DNA from: Botryllus schlosseri
Lineage: Eukaryota
Direction: 5' to 3'
Length of the DNA stretch: 64,000 nt
Assembly (NCBI GenBank): GCA_051294905.1
Contig: CM119371.1
Coordinates: 14,138,001 to 14,202,000, forward strand
A model generated the notes under the pieces. That model ran no database searches and was not told the origin of the DNA. It saw nothing but the letters and a program-made list of their open reading frames with translations. Within the stretch, counting starts at the first letter, position 1. The number at the start of each line of letters is the position of its first letter. Shown in pieces: positions 52,301 to 61,318 of this stretch. The position numbers and the translations under genes are program-made.

Positions 52301-54174
52301 TTCAGCAAAGCAATGTAGTTTACGAATTTAAGTGCCACTGTGATTGTGGCTACGTGGGAAGAACGTCAAAGCGCTTGCAGGAACGCATAAATCAGCATGT
52401 CCCTAGATTCATTAGAACACGCTCGATGAAAAGCTCACCCTTAACTCACCCGCTCAAGATTGATGCGGACCAATCAAAGGCCATAAATTCTGCAATTGGC
52501 AAACACTTGTTGGATAATCCCGCCTGTGCGAAAAATTATCGAGACGACAGATTTCGCATACTCGGAAAGGGTCGCTCACACTTTCATTTGTGCGCCTTGG
52601 AGTCGACTTTTATCAAAATACACCAGCCAAGGCTGTGTCAACAAAAAGAGTTCGTGTATCATTTAAAAATAGTACATTGAACGCTCTCGTATTCGACATT
52701 TCGTGCTGGTGACGTCATATTTTGTGTTACGATTGTTGATATACGCTGTTCTTTCGAATTCTCTACTAGTTGCTGACGATTACCCCTGACGAGTGTCAGC
52801 CGAAAATATTCGGGTTCATTTTAATATGAATATACTATTCAATTGTATATTGAAGTTCTGTACCTCAAAGAAGCTGTTCAGAGTTTTCCGAATAAATCAA
52901 CCTGGTTTCGTTACGTTAAGGTTCTGACAACGTCGATTTGTGTGAGTCTCAGCGCCACTACTGTGTTGATATGTTACTTTGGACCAAAGTGCTTTAAAAT
53001 CATATTTCGCCCTTCGTTGAACAACATGAACTCAGTGCTGTCGCCGAAGTAAGTGTATTTTGAGTGTGCAACTGTGCATGTACGCAGCTCACGCTATATA
53101 GCGAATTATGGCTCCTTCGACGAAAAGGGTTTCCGACCACTGTCATAAAATGACCAAAATATCTTTAACGAGGACTACATCGTTATGCAGCATTCTACGG
53201 TCGGCCGTCATCATCATCAAAGCACCCATTCCGTATCAATAATATATATCTACTCTGCTGTAACTGTCGAACCAACGACGATTTTGGGGGTTCCAGCCAC
53301 TCCATATCGTACACGTGCAAATTGTCCGTAGGCTCATACTCCATGTTTTTCGAAAGTTCTGTACGATTATGGCATAATTAAAAGGCATTATTTTTAAACA
53401 TTTTAAAATACCGTTTGTTTTAAGTACAACCCTGTTTAGAGGAGTTACCGTAACTGCGTTAGATGTGTAATATATATTAGATTTTTGTTATGTGAATCAG
53501 CTAACATTTGGGGTTCCTCGAAGCCTTGCATATCTTCGTGGGATTTATCGGGGTCAGGCTGAAGAACCACTAGAGTGCCAGACTGTACTAACCCCACACG
53601 AGTTAGAAAAGTAATTTATTACTGACAGCTTCAGAGCATAACTATGAAAAAAGAGGAAACCAGCCAGTCGCGAATCATTTTTCTACGTCGTGTGTGTATG
53701 AGTATATAGCTATCGTGAAATGAAACATCCGTGCGATTCGTATAGCGCTTTTAGTGCTTTGCGATCATATGACCTAATTGAATAAGGACTAACCGAAATG
53801 ATTTTGTTCCGAAGAAAATGATAGGAATTGGTAAGGCTCAGATAAGTACCAGATCCACGTAAAAAAACGGCATCAGGAATCTATTACTCTGCATTCGCAA
53901 TAAACTATGGGACGAATTACTCCTCGATAGTGAATCCAAATCCCTTGGGACTGACACCACATATATGCTCACAGCGGAGTTGACGATCTTATATCTATAT
54001 ATTGTTCTTTTCAACTTGGAGAAACCATATCTTCTGTATGTAAATCTTGTTTTGCGCATTCATCATTCCAATGTTGATTACAATAATCCACCTGTCACCA
54101 TACATAATTACAGGAATAGCTCATACAATCAGTCAGCAACCGCATCAACTTCGCCGACGCAAACAGCTATGTGA
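34221..54174 (+). CDS. Metabotropic glutamate receptor-like class C GPCR (VFT + 9-Cys domain + 7TM), 20 coding exons, 837 aa without the unidentified signal-peptide exon
   Basis: Hand-spliced GT-AG exons total 2514 nt, all phases are consistent and there is no internal stop. Motifs: PGDVLIVGL, GAGSSSVS, PQISY, RVVPPD, WVGSDAW, RNPWF, CCWHC, LLTKT, FNETKYIGFSMY, FGPK. Confidence 0.95.
35310..35399 (+). CDS. mGluR-like exon: INADTDILPGIQLGSIIIDTCYSDAEAARR
   Basis: ccag / gtgaga, phase 0-0; matches IN....LP...LG..I.DTC. Confidence 0.93.
36840..36930 (+). CDS. mGluR-like exon: VILDILPLFSDCGARYPNLQTGKLSPTLVA
   Basis: gcag / gtacat, phase 0-1; bridges both neighbours and carries the loop Cys. Confidence 0.8.
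37085..37767 (+). mobile_element. PIF/Harbinger-like MITE, intronic
   Basis: TIR gggtggagataataaagtt / aactttattatcttcgccc; TAA TSD. Confidence 0.85.
38070..38317 (+). mobile_element. tRNA-derived SINE family 2, diverged intronic copy
   Basis: B box ggttcgattct; matches the reverse complement of 61046-61318; CAAA tail. Confidence 0.75.
38385..38458 (+). CDS. mGluR-like exon: GVVGAGSSSVSIQVAKILNAVSVPQ
   Basis: ttcag / gtaggt, phase 1-0. Confidence 0.95.
38986..39072 (+). CDS. mGluR-like exon: ISYWASSPELSNKRLYKYFFRVVPPDDKQ
   Basis: ttcag / gtgaac, phase 0-0. Confidence 0.95.
39207..39311. mobile_element. Short TAGGGCTGG/TCGAAT-family MITE
   Basis: Ends tagggctgg / ccagcccta; internally deleted relative of 46055-46543. 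Confidence 0.75.
39566..39659 (+). CDS. mGluR-like exon: VEAIIALAQQRGWSYISIVYDDDSYGLNGLH
   Basis: atcag / gtaagc, phase 0-1. Confidence 0.95.
40562..40684 (+). CDS. mGluR-like exon: ELQVQAEDEGICIGTFQPVPRSASDQDFRNIVESLLTEKSK
   Basis: ttcag / gtacat, phase 1-1; GICI motif. Confidence 0.92.
41080..41238 (+). CDS. mGluR-like exon: VVVMFTSS...LLWVGSDAW...RPMH
   Basis: aacag / gtatta, phase 1-1. Confidence 0.88.
41299..41442 (+). CDS. mGluR-like exon: DAVGFQP...RNPWFSEYLEHVNFCTV
   Basis: ttccag / gtgcga, phase 1-1. Confidence 0.88.
42306..42388 (+). CDS. mGluR-like exon: (A)GDDGPGRKCDPDEKLDPNSFEKRPTLE
   Basis: CAGCAG acceptor (start 42306 or 42309) / gtataa, phase 1-0. Confidence 0.85.
42806..42968 (+). 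CDS. mGluR-like exon: HVGNAMLAIIHAL...CNGIPGLCPAM...INFT
   Basis: ttgcag / gtgagc, phase 0-1. Confidence 0.93.
42989..43602. mobile_element. 614-bp near-perfect palindromic (foldback) MITE
   Basis: Arms of about 300 bp are reverse complements (tagggctgttcaaaaataac...); perfect TSD acgtacag. Confidence 0.95.
43890..44033 (+). CDS. mGluR-like exon: NANGKHVYFDSNQNGLASFYVFRY...WEIVGDFDNK
   Basis: gacag / gtagtg, phase 1-1. Confidence 0.9.
44084..45443 (-). mobile_element. hAT MITE, GACTT/CTCGAG family, copy 4, with a nested Buster MITE at 44466-44846
   Basis: Perfect TSD ctactgac; nested element TSD agctacat/agcgacat. Confidence 0.93.
46055..46543. mobile_element. hAT MITE, TAGGGCTGG/TCGAAT family, inside a CTAGAA-repeat element
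   Basis: Ends tagggctgg / ccagcccta; perfect TSD gtgatgac. Confidence 0.92.
46827..46927 (+). CDS. mGluR-like exon: AIRVTTAPNSKLNTTESVCSKPCGYGEATIPQAK
   Basis: aaacag / gtccgg, phase 1-0; start of the Cys-rich domain. Confidence 0.9.
46994..47124 (+). CDS. mGluR-like exon: ICCWHCERCAYDEFVSENGTMCTRCTPGEKPNSEKTGCDLITIT
   Basis: ttcag / gtatgc, phase 0-2; completes the nine cysteines. Confidence 0.95.
47863..47995 (+). CDS. mGluR-like exon (TM1): EISYGSEYGIACAWLSCLGLLL...KTIMVKSSGN
   Basis: tctag / gtaagt, phase 2-0. Confidence 0.93.
49449..49649 (+). CDS. mGluR-like exon (TM2-TM3): ELSFFILFG...LLTKTVRVVIIFRSRSALSIQ
   Basis: ttccag / gtatcg, phase 0-0. Confidence 0.95.
49933..50342. mobile_element. 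TAGGGTTACCA/GAGGAC-family MITE; relatives at about 55967-56189 and ending at 16381
   Basis: Ends tagggttaccata / tatggtaaccctg; TSD caattgtg/aaattgtc. Confidence 0.8.
50830..51106 (+). CDS. mGluR-like exon (TM4-TM5, ICL3): MKLYLQPSCQ...NRKIPTEFNETKYI
   Basis: catag / gtgagt, phase 0-1. Confidence 0.95.
51169..51251 (+). CDS. mGluR-like exon (TM6): GFSMYSTCVIWLAFLSIFITNTEDLSQR
   Basis: tctag / gtgaga, phase 1-0. Confidence 0.95.
51286..52680 (+). CDS. Penelope-like reverse transcriptase + GIY-YIG endonuclease (N-terminally truncated, uninterrupted 464 aa)
   Basis: Motifs SFDISSLFTNVP, QIDGISMGSPLGP, RYVDD and VVYEFKCHCDCGYVGRT...LES. Confidence 0.95.
   Translation: MEPVRELYGTECVRDSFTFASEMRNLNLPNSEVFLSSFDISSLFTNVPLQETIDICANALYGGKLAPPSMPRKVFVELLQAATCSVEFSFNDVIYKQIDGISMGSPLGPTLANIFVGFYEVELLTQRVSVKPVLYRRYVDDTFVIFRNEIDCDQFLIHLNSLHPALLFTIEKERNNSLSFMDVLVEKHDTNKFETSIFRKPTFTGQYLRWNSFSPSRRKINLIGTLVHRALMICSGNKLNSELDNIRKILLDNGYPEHVINRGIERKVTHFNAEKSTEPTERTTKDVYIHLPWIGPISTRFEKQLISSVNKCYDTVKTNVIFTTTQLLPATRKDVLPALQQSNVVYEFKCHCDCGYVGRTSKRLQERINQHVPRFIRTRSMKSSPLTHPLKIDADQSKAINSAIGKHLLDNPACAKNYRDDRFRILGKGRSHFHLCALESTFIKIHQPRLCQQKEFVYHLKIVH
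52772..52815 (+). ncRNA. Minimal type I hammerhead ribozyme of the Penelope-like element
   Basis: accc-CTGACGA-g[tgtcagc]c-GAAA-atat-TC-gggt: intact core, 4-bp stem I, palindromic AATATT stem III, predicted cleavage after C52811. Confidence 0.85.
52921..53048 (+). CDS. mGluR-like exon (TM7): VLTTSICVSLSATTVLICYFGPKCFKIIFRPSLNNMNSVLSP
   Basis: ttaag / gtaagt, phase 0-2. Confidence 0.95.
54114..54174 (+). CDS. mGluR-like last coding exon: KNSSYNQSATASTSPTQTAM*
   Basis: ttacag acceptor fits phase 2; Ser/Thr-rich tail; donor gtgagt at 54185. Confidence 0.7.
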
Positions 54175-54610
54175 GGAACTGCAGGTGAGTATTTTCCTGC
54201 GTTTCAGTATCATCAGTCACTTTAGTTTAGTTTTAATCTTCTCATCATTGCAATAAACTACTACCAGCACTTCACTCGCCGAGTCGCCACGACTAATGTA
54301 ACAAACTTTCTACCTCATTACTTGCATTGGAAGTAGCCTACAGTTCACCAATGAAGCTAAATATATACTAAATGAAGTTTGAAAAGTCAACTCATTCTCA
54401 TTGCAACTGTTATCCCACCATTCAGACCCATCACCGGAACATTTTCTGTTGAAGGTTCGGCCTTGTTCATTCCGAAGATACTAAATCAAGTCTGACACAA
54501 GCAAAGATTGAAGGACTTTTTGTCATGCCATCACGTATTTTAAGCTGTGCTTGAATTTGTGTGCGTAGTCTATACATACACTGCTACTAACTCGCATTCA
54601 AATAGGTATT

Positions 54611-54616
54611 AATAAA
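54611..54616 (+). terminator. Candidate polyadenylation signal of the receptor gene
   Basis: AATAAA about 185 nt into the putative last exon (acceptor before 54426). Confidence 0.45.
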
Positions 54617-54632
54617 ATAGCAAGGTATTTGA

Positions 54633-55484
54633 TAGGGATGGTGTGAACGTGAGGTTCACGTTCGCGTTCTGTGTGTGACCCTCGGAAATTCAGAGGTTCA
54701 CGTTCACAAACGAACCTTGGTAGGTTCTGAACTGTGAACCGTTTTTATATATTACAATTTTCACGTCATTACAACATCTTTGATTGAAATTTATTGCATT
54801 TCAACTGTGGAAATATCCAGCTTTCTGTTTGTGAATATTTAGTGACTCGCTCTGCTATGAGCTTGACCCGAAATCACACAACATCAAGAGCGAATACGCT
54901 ACATGTAGGTAATCAGCGAATGATGCTTATTCAAACAATCAATGAAATTGATATCGTTGACTGATGTAAAATATCTAGCAAGCGCACAGGGCCAAGCTCG
55001 ATTTCATAAGTTTATTGCACCATTCATCAAAAACCAAATCCGTGCGATTGGGGTGTTGGCTGCTGCTGCATAACTTGTTAATGGGGTAAACCCCATTTTA
55101 CACTATGCTCAATATCAACGTAGCAACACTCAGACGTCGTAGCATTGTCCGGTCTGGCCTAGACCATTAGGGCGTAAGCATTATATTCCCTTGCAAGTCC
55201 TCGTATAAATTGTTGGCAAAGCGTCGGAAGATATTGAGTTTTATCGGATAATTATATCATTTTGATTGCTCCAGTTGATGCATTTGGCGACGTTTAAAAA
55301 GTCACTCTGTGCTTCAGCATTATGGCATTTTGTGGCCCGAGTCGTCGCGAAGTATCGTGTACATTAATATATATCACTTCACTGAAATGTAAGGTTGGAA
55401 TTAGCAATATGACGTCAAATGACGTCATGAGCTTCACGCTCGCGTTCACACAGAACACACACGTTCGCGTTCACGCCACCCCTA
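54633..55484 (-). mobile_element. hAT MITE, TAGGGATGG/GTGAAC family (inverted)
   Basis: Reverse complement of 5577-6531 and 31842-32761. Confidence 0.9.
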
Positions 55485-58400
55485 GACTATTTATTATAGC
55501 TATAGTCCCATATCTGTGAAAATGATGATTTTCGTGATTGATACATTACCAAACTGTTCTATGTATCGTACGGTGCATGCCTCGTGTTCGATGACGACTC
55601 ATTTTGGTGTGTTCAATTTGGTTAAGTAAATAAACGGTGATGGGCAAACGACGTATTTGAGTCTCATGTATACTTTCGCCTTAAGAGGGGACGATTTTGC
55701 AAATCCCTCCATGGCGCAGGATAACCTATTTATGAATGACATTGACGAGAATGTGGCAAAAGGTCAATCAGTTGTTGCTCGCTATATGCAACGCAGCCTG
55801 CCGTGGACTCCTCTTAGAGACTTTGTCACGTGAAATTATTTATTGAATAATGGAATCACCATAGAGCATCCCATGCCGGGTGTTATTTTTCGTTCCTAAA
55901 AGACCATGGCTAAAATATCTAGGCATAGGGCCATAGGCCATGTTTAAACATAATTGACTGTAACTTGGGTTACCATATATTGGAAACCGGAGAGGAGGAG
56001 ACTTATTCAAAATCCTCAAAGTTTGTTAACAAAAAAAATTCAAAACGGCTGATGTTGAACATCTTGTGGTGTTGCCCAGATCTGCTGTAAAGGCATGTAC
56101 AGGAGTACGGATTGTCAAAAAGGAAGACATTTTTGATTTCCTGAAAAAAGAGGACAAATCCTCCTATATGAGGACGTACGATAACCCTAGATAAATGTTT
56201 ATTGCTGTACTGTATTGAAAACTATGTCGGTGCATGGCATAGCCTACTTGTTGATCGCGTTGACGTGGTTAGCTGATTATATACACTCTCGAATTGATCG
56301 TCAGACATGCTTACATTGTGACGCAAGTTGCTTTCGTGGGTGTAATTTCTCTTTTTGTATTGAAACAGGAAAAATATAAAGATAAGTGTCGGTTAGTTCA
56401 TAAAGTGGAGGAATTATGCGAACCATGAATAATGACACTTCACACTGCAAATATAGGAGCAATTTTTACCATTATATATTCAGTGCCGTGATGTAAGACT
56501 GTTTCAACAAGTTGTCATGATAACATTACTAATTAAAAATATGCAAACCTCTTCAAAATTATACTTTCTACTTTACAAAGAGATGTACAAGTAAGTAGTC
56601 ATGTCTAAAAATGTGTTAAATGAAGAAGTCTAAAAGATAACCACATGAGAGAGTTAGCAAAACGTACTTGAGTACTCAGAAAAAGTAGAAGTACTTCGTT
56701 ACGTACCAGAGACCAATTTTGATGTATGTTAATCTTCCAATACTCACAGCAACTCTATGTGCTATATCTTTCTTGGAACTGCTTCTTGTAGAAGTTTCAC
56801 AATTCTCTCATCTTGCGATATCATCATTTTCGAAACATGAACACACCGTGCATACTTCGCATTTTTTTAAAATTAAAAATAACAAGTAAATGCTTGAACG
56901 TAAACGTAAACTGATTAGGAAGAAAATCTTATGCGGTTGTTTTAAATGCTTCCTTTATAGTAGACCTGGGCGTTGTGCAGGCCGTGACGCGATTCTGAGC
57001 GGCCCGAGCAAAGTTCCTCGTAATTTAGACTATAAAATCTATGTAATGCGTGAACAAAGACCACTGTATAAAATGACCCGGAATGCATTTACTTTTAACT
57101 ATAGTGTATTTATGTACCGTGACTACGTAACCTACATACGTCGTGTGAGCAATCCATTCTCAACATAAAGCCAATACAGCAAATTATATCGTAGCAATAA
57201 AAGTTACAAGGCACTGTTTCCATGTTCGTTTCTAGGTCTGTGCTTTAAGTTGTTACGTCCTGCGTTTCCGAATCCTGATTCGTAAAATAACGCAATGAGT
57301 GCACGTGATTAGCGGTCGTCCTCACTCACAAGCGATGTTATGTCAAGCAATGAAAGATACGCTTGAAGCCCTACATTTCAGCAAGATATGGAGCACTAAA
57401 TATCTGTCTAATGTAGGGGTGTCAAACTCAAATTGAGCCGCGAGCCGCATTCAAACCATCTGATCGCTCTCAGGCCGGACCATTCAAATGATTGAAATTC
57501 CATTCCCTTGTTTTTTTGCTTGAATACTCAATTATTAAACCTACACAATAATATATTACATTATAACGGATCATAGGGTTCTACTCTAGCAACACCTTTA
57601 GTAGCGACAATGGAGTTAGCAAAATTAGGATTATGGCCGGTTAAATACGGTAAAATAAACTGCTAAAAGGGTAGCTCTAACGACGATTTATATGTCATGT
57701 GTATGTAGGGTTGCATTTAAAAAAAATCAATTGAAATCATATATGTTTAAAACAAGGCCCTTGTTTAAAATATGATTTTTAGTGTTTTTTTAAAGCCACG
57801 ACGTCACGAACATTGAAGTGTGACGTCATAGTGGATTGTCAATGACAATTGAAAATATAACGTAAATATAGCTCCTTGACGAAATATCTGCACTATTGCC
57901 GTTGAACCGACTATGTTGCGGGTACCAATCATCCCATATCGATATACGTCGGCTATCGGCTAGTTTGTCCGTAGGCTCATATAACATGTTTTTTGAAAAG
58001 TATTTAAACGATTATGGCATAGTTTCGCAACTTAAAAAAATCTCGTTTTTTAAAAAAGGCCTTTGTTTAAAACGCTGTTTGAAACAAAGGCTTTTTTAAA
58101 AAAACGAGAGTGTTTTAAAACAGCGTTTGTTTTAAATGCAACCATGTGTATGGGTTATGAGGAATACGAGAGATATGTTAAAGCTGATTCATTACTATTG
58201 TATCGCGATTCGGGTTTCTCCGTATGCAGAGGTGCTGTAAAGTCATAAGCGAAATTGAGAGTTTGTCCACAAAAATTTGAATTATCTTTTTCTGTAACAA
58301 TTATATTCTCCATATTACCTGCATATACCGGTTTCTCACTATGGCGATTTCACTTCTGTGAATAACTACATTTTGGTCCATAATTCGGTAAAACTCGGAT

Positions 58401-58780
58401 TTGAGTGTGTATTTTTTGCCTTCTCATAATTGGGCGTAAATGACGGCTCTTCCTTGCTGACAGTGACTAGAGTGAAACCACAACTGCACTGTCGGATGGT
58501 TATGATGTGATCTGTTGCCAATTGAACATACTCGACATTTGCTATCTTGAGGGATTATCTGATCATAATATTTCCTACAAAAAATATCAACATTTGCAAG
58601 AAATGTGCTTGATAATACAGACATTTTTCAAAATAGTTTCACGGGCATAGGATGAATTGGTCTGACGAGCCGGATGCGGCCCGTGGGCCGTATGTCTGAC
58701 ACTCCAGATTTGTGTGAATACGTCCAAAAAACATGTAGTATGAGCCTACGGACGACTTGCACCCACAATAGTCGATGTAT

Positions 58781-59110
58781 AAAGGAAAGGACGTAGTTTA
58801 TTTTTGTCCTTGATGTTTTTGCGGCATATACACCGACTCATGATACACATACACACGATCTGTGCATAAGCATACCATGAGTGCATGATGTGCATATGCC
58901 GCTGGACAAGGAAGTGCAGATATAGCCTTTACGGCTTTCTAAGTCATGCACCACCACTCCATGCTATCCCAGTAATGCATGAGCGCCAAGCAGGGAAGTC
59001 ATGGATACCAGTGTTACTAATCAGATCTTCGGTCAGATCCGGCCGGGAATAGAACCCACGACCTACCGATCAAGAAGCCGGACGCTTCACCATTACGCTA
59101 TCTTGTCGGT
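58781..59110 (-). mobile_element. tRNA-derived SINE family 1 (inverted)
   Basis: Reverse complement of 30728-31061; flanked by cgatgtat duplicates; empty site at about 29690. Confidence 0.9.
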
Positions 59111-59849
59111 ATACGATGTATACGATGTGGGGTGGCTGTAACGCGTAACCCTCGAAATCGTCGTCGGTTCAATAATAATTTTTGCACGTAGAAATATATC
59201 ATTGGTTTGGTACGAAGTGGGTGTTCTGATAATGATGACCGACGACCGTACAAATGCTGCATAACGATGTAGTCTTGGTTATAGGTATTTTTCGTCTGTT
59301 TATGACAGTAATCGGAAGCCGTTTTCGCCGAAAGAGCCATATTTGCCCTATATTCTTCATTGTCATGCCAATTCACTGAGACGTCCACAATTCGTGATGT
59401 CATGGCTAAAACCAAAACAAAAAACAAAACAATGAACAGCGTGTTTTAAACAAGGGCCTTGTTTTAAGCATGTCTGTTTTAAATTGATTTTTGTTTCTAA
59501 TACAACCCTAGGTAGGCAGATATGTGCTTGAAATCATTCATACATCCGCATTATACGAGACGATAAACGCCATTTCACCCGCAAAAGTGATTTAATCTTA
59601 ACAGACGGGCCTTCGATGTAAATATACGACTCGAGTCTATTGACTTTCGATTTTCTTCGCCACTCAACCCAACCCCAGTCACGATTATATACCGCGACAA
59701 ACAGAAAGTGTCGTTTGGAATCTTGGACTAATGTGTACTGTTTATGATTTTACACCTGATTCATAGCTCTATATTCCTTCTTACTTGCACTTGTTGTATA
59801 GCCCAGTCCATACTTGTCCACGCGTAATTCGCTTTCAGCTAAAAGAGTG

Positions 59850-60455
59850 TGTGGTGGGTGGGTATTTGTGATGAGTGGTGCTTATAGCTGCTAAGGCTGT
59901 GCGCACCAGAACCGTGTTTACTGCTTATTCCTTAAATCCCTTGTTATATGTCTCTTCCGGTCAATATAACATAGTCGATTGACGGTTGAATCGTTCTCTG
60001 ATTAACTATGAGAGAAAATACTGTGTAAGGTGTTCGATACTTTTGTGCGGCTCTGCTCAGATGGGTCCGTTCTATGGAATGTTTATTACAGAAGAGCACG
60101 AAATGGTCCACCGTTTCCGGCACACCACATTCCGCACACAGTCCACTTTCGTGTAAGCCGAGTTTGTGCAGGTGTTTGTTTAGCCTGCGATGACCGGTGT
60201 ACAATCGGGTCAAGATCGAATTCTCTCTTCGGCTCCGATGGGTTTGCTTATGAAAAGTTACTTGGAGCGACTCCATCTCCTGATTGCCGAGTTCGTTCAT
60301 TTGTTGAGTGGCATTACGTCGTATGTCCCTGTAATATTCTGCTACGATGGCTTGACATTCTTTTACTGTATGTGGATCCATGTTTGGATGAGCGACGGGT
60401 TTTCTGAATGCTTCCTTTGCTAATTTATCGGCGGTTTCGTTATATTCACACCGTA
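59850..60455 (-). mobile_element. 3' part of an RNase H-containing non-LTR retrotransposon (I-group-like)
   Basis: NETADKLAKEA (RNase H end), then RLYTGH...C..C...ETVDHFVLFC zinc knuckle (ORF 59944-60381). Related remnants near 26220-26305 and 63220-63305. Confidence 0.88.
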
Positions 60456-60458
60456 AAT

Positions 60459-60479
60459 GGGGGGGGGGGGGGGGGGGGG
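60459..60479 (+). repeat. Poly-G tract (21 nt)
   Basis: Directly visible. Confidence 0.9.
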
Positions 60480-61045
60480 TTGTGTAGCGCCAAGTGTACC
60501 TGTTTGATGCAGGTATGATCAGACTAGTTGACCTGCACGGTCGTATCGATCAATACTACCTGATACCGAATACTGTGCAATGTGCATGCATAGTTTCTGT
60601 ACCCCGACTATTGCTGTCTATTTGTTATGTATTTCGGTTCGATGAAAAATAAAAACTTTCTCTCCCTTTCTTAATCGAAGATATATCTGGACTTGCTAGC
60701 GACTGAACAACATTTCTTTATTGGTGAGTTTTGTTTCAATTTCGATGGTTGTGATCTATTCATGGTTTAAAACAGTTTTCGGTAACCTTAACTTATATTG
60801 GAGTCGCCATAACTCATCATATTTAATTTATTACCATTCCAATTTAATACTGAAAATGACTGATCAATTTTTATTTTATTCGCACCTTCTCCTGTGTCGT
60901 CGCAATGACCAAAACCGGATAGCTGTAACTGGGCTGGAAAGGTCGATACTTTACCTTGGTAAAGAAAATCTTTTGTATTAGGACAGAGCAAAATCATTCA
61001 CCATGCTATCATAGACCAAATTTTTATTTTACTAGGCAGCGACGT

Positions 61046-61318
61046 TTGGTTGTTTGGGGTATTCATGGTGTTTGTCGACTACTATGGTCATTTACACCAG
61101 GCCGATATTCTTGTTATTTTCCGTAACTGCCGACTTATAGCACGGCCCACCTCTAGGCTTTTGTAAGACACCGCTGACGCGGATGAGGTGGCGAGGAGGA
61201 GCCTAGGTAAACCTCCAAAACGTAGGCATCGGAATTCGGAAGTCGACCTCGGTCGGACTCGAACCCGTACCCATTGGTGTTGCAGCCGCGGATTATACCA
61301 CTGCGCTATCTCGTCACT
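61046..61318 (-). mobile_element. tRNA-derived SINE family 2, full length
   Basis: On the minus strand: A box tagcgcagtgg, B box ggttcgagtcc, CAAA tail. TSD taggcagcgacgt; empty site at about 31821. Confidence 0.92.

Larger units (their letters stand above)
51281..52878 (+). mobile_element. 5'-truncated Penelope-like retrotransposon, intronic, sense orientation
   Basis: 12-bp TSD cagagttttccg at 51269-51280 and 52879-52890; contains the RT-GIY-YIG ORF and a hammerhead. Confidence 0.95.

Noticed and set aside
53877..54113. Open frame extending the last coding exon upstream (ORF 53965-54174)
   Set aside because: The extension has no receptor-like character and the opposite strand looks like a decayed LINE. 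The acceptor at 54113 gives a more plausible tail.
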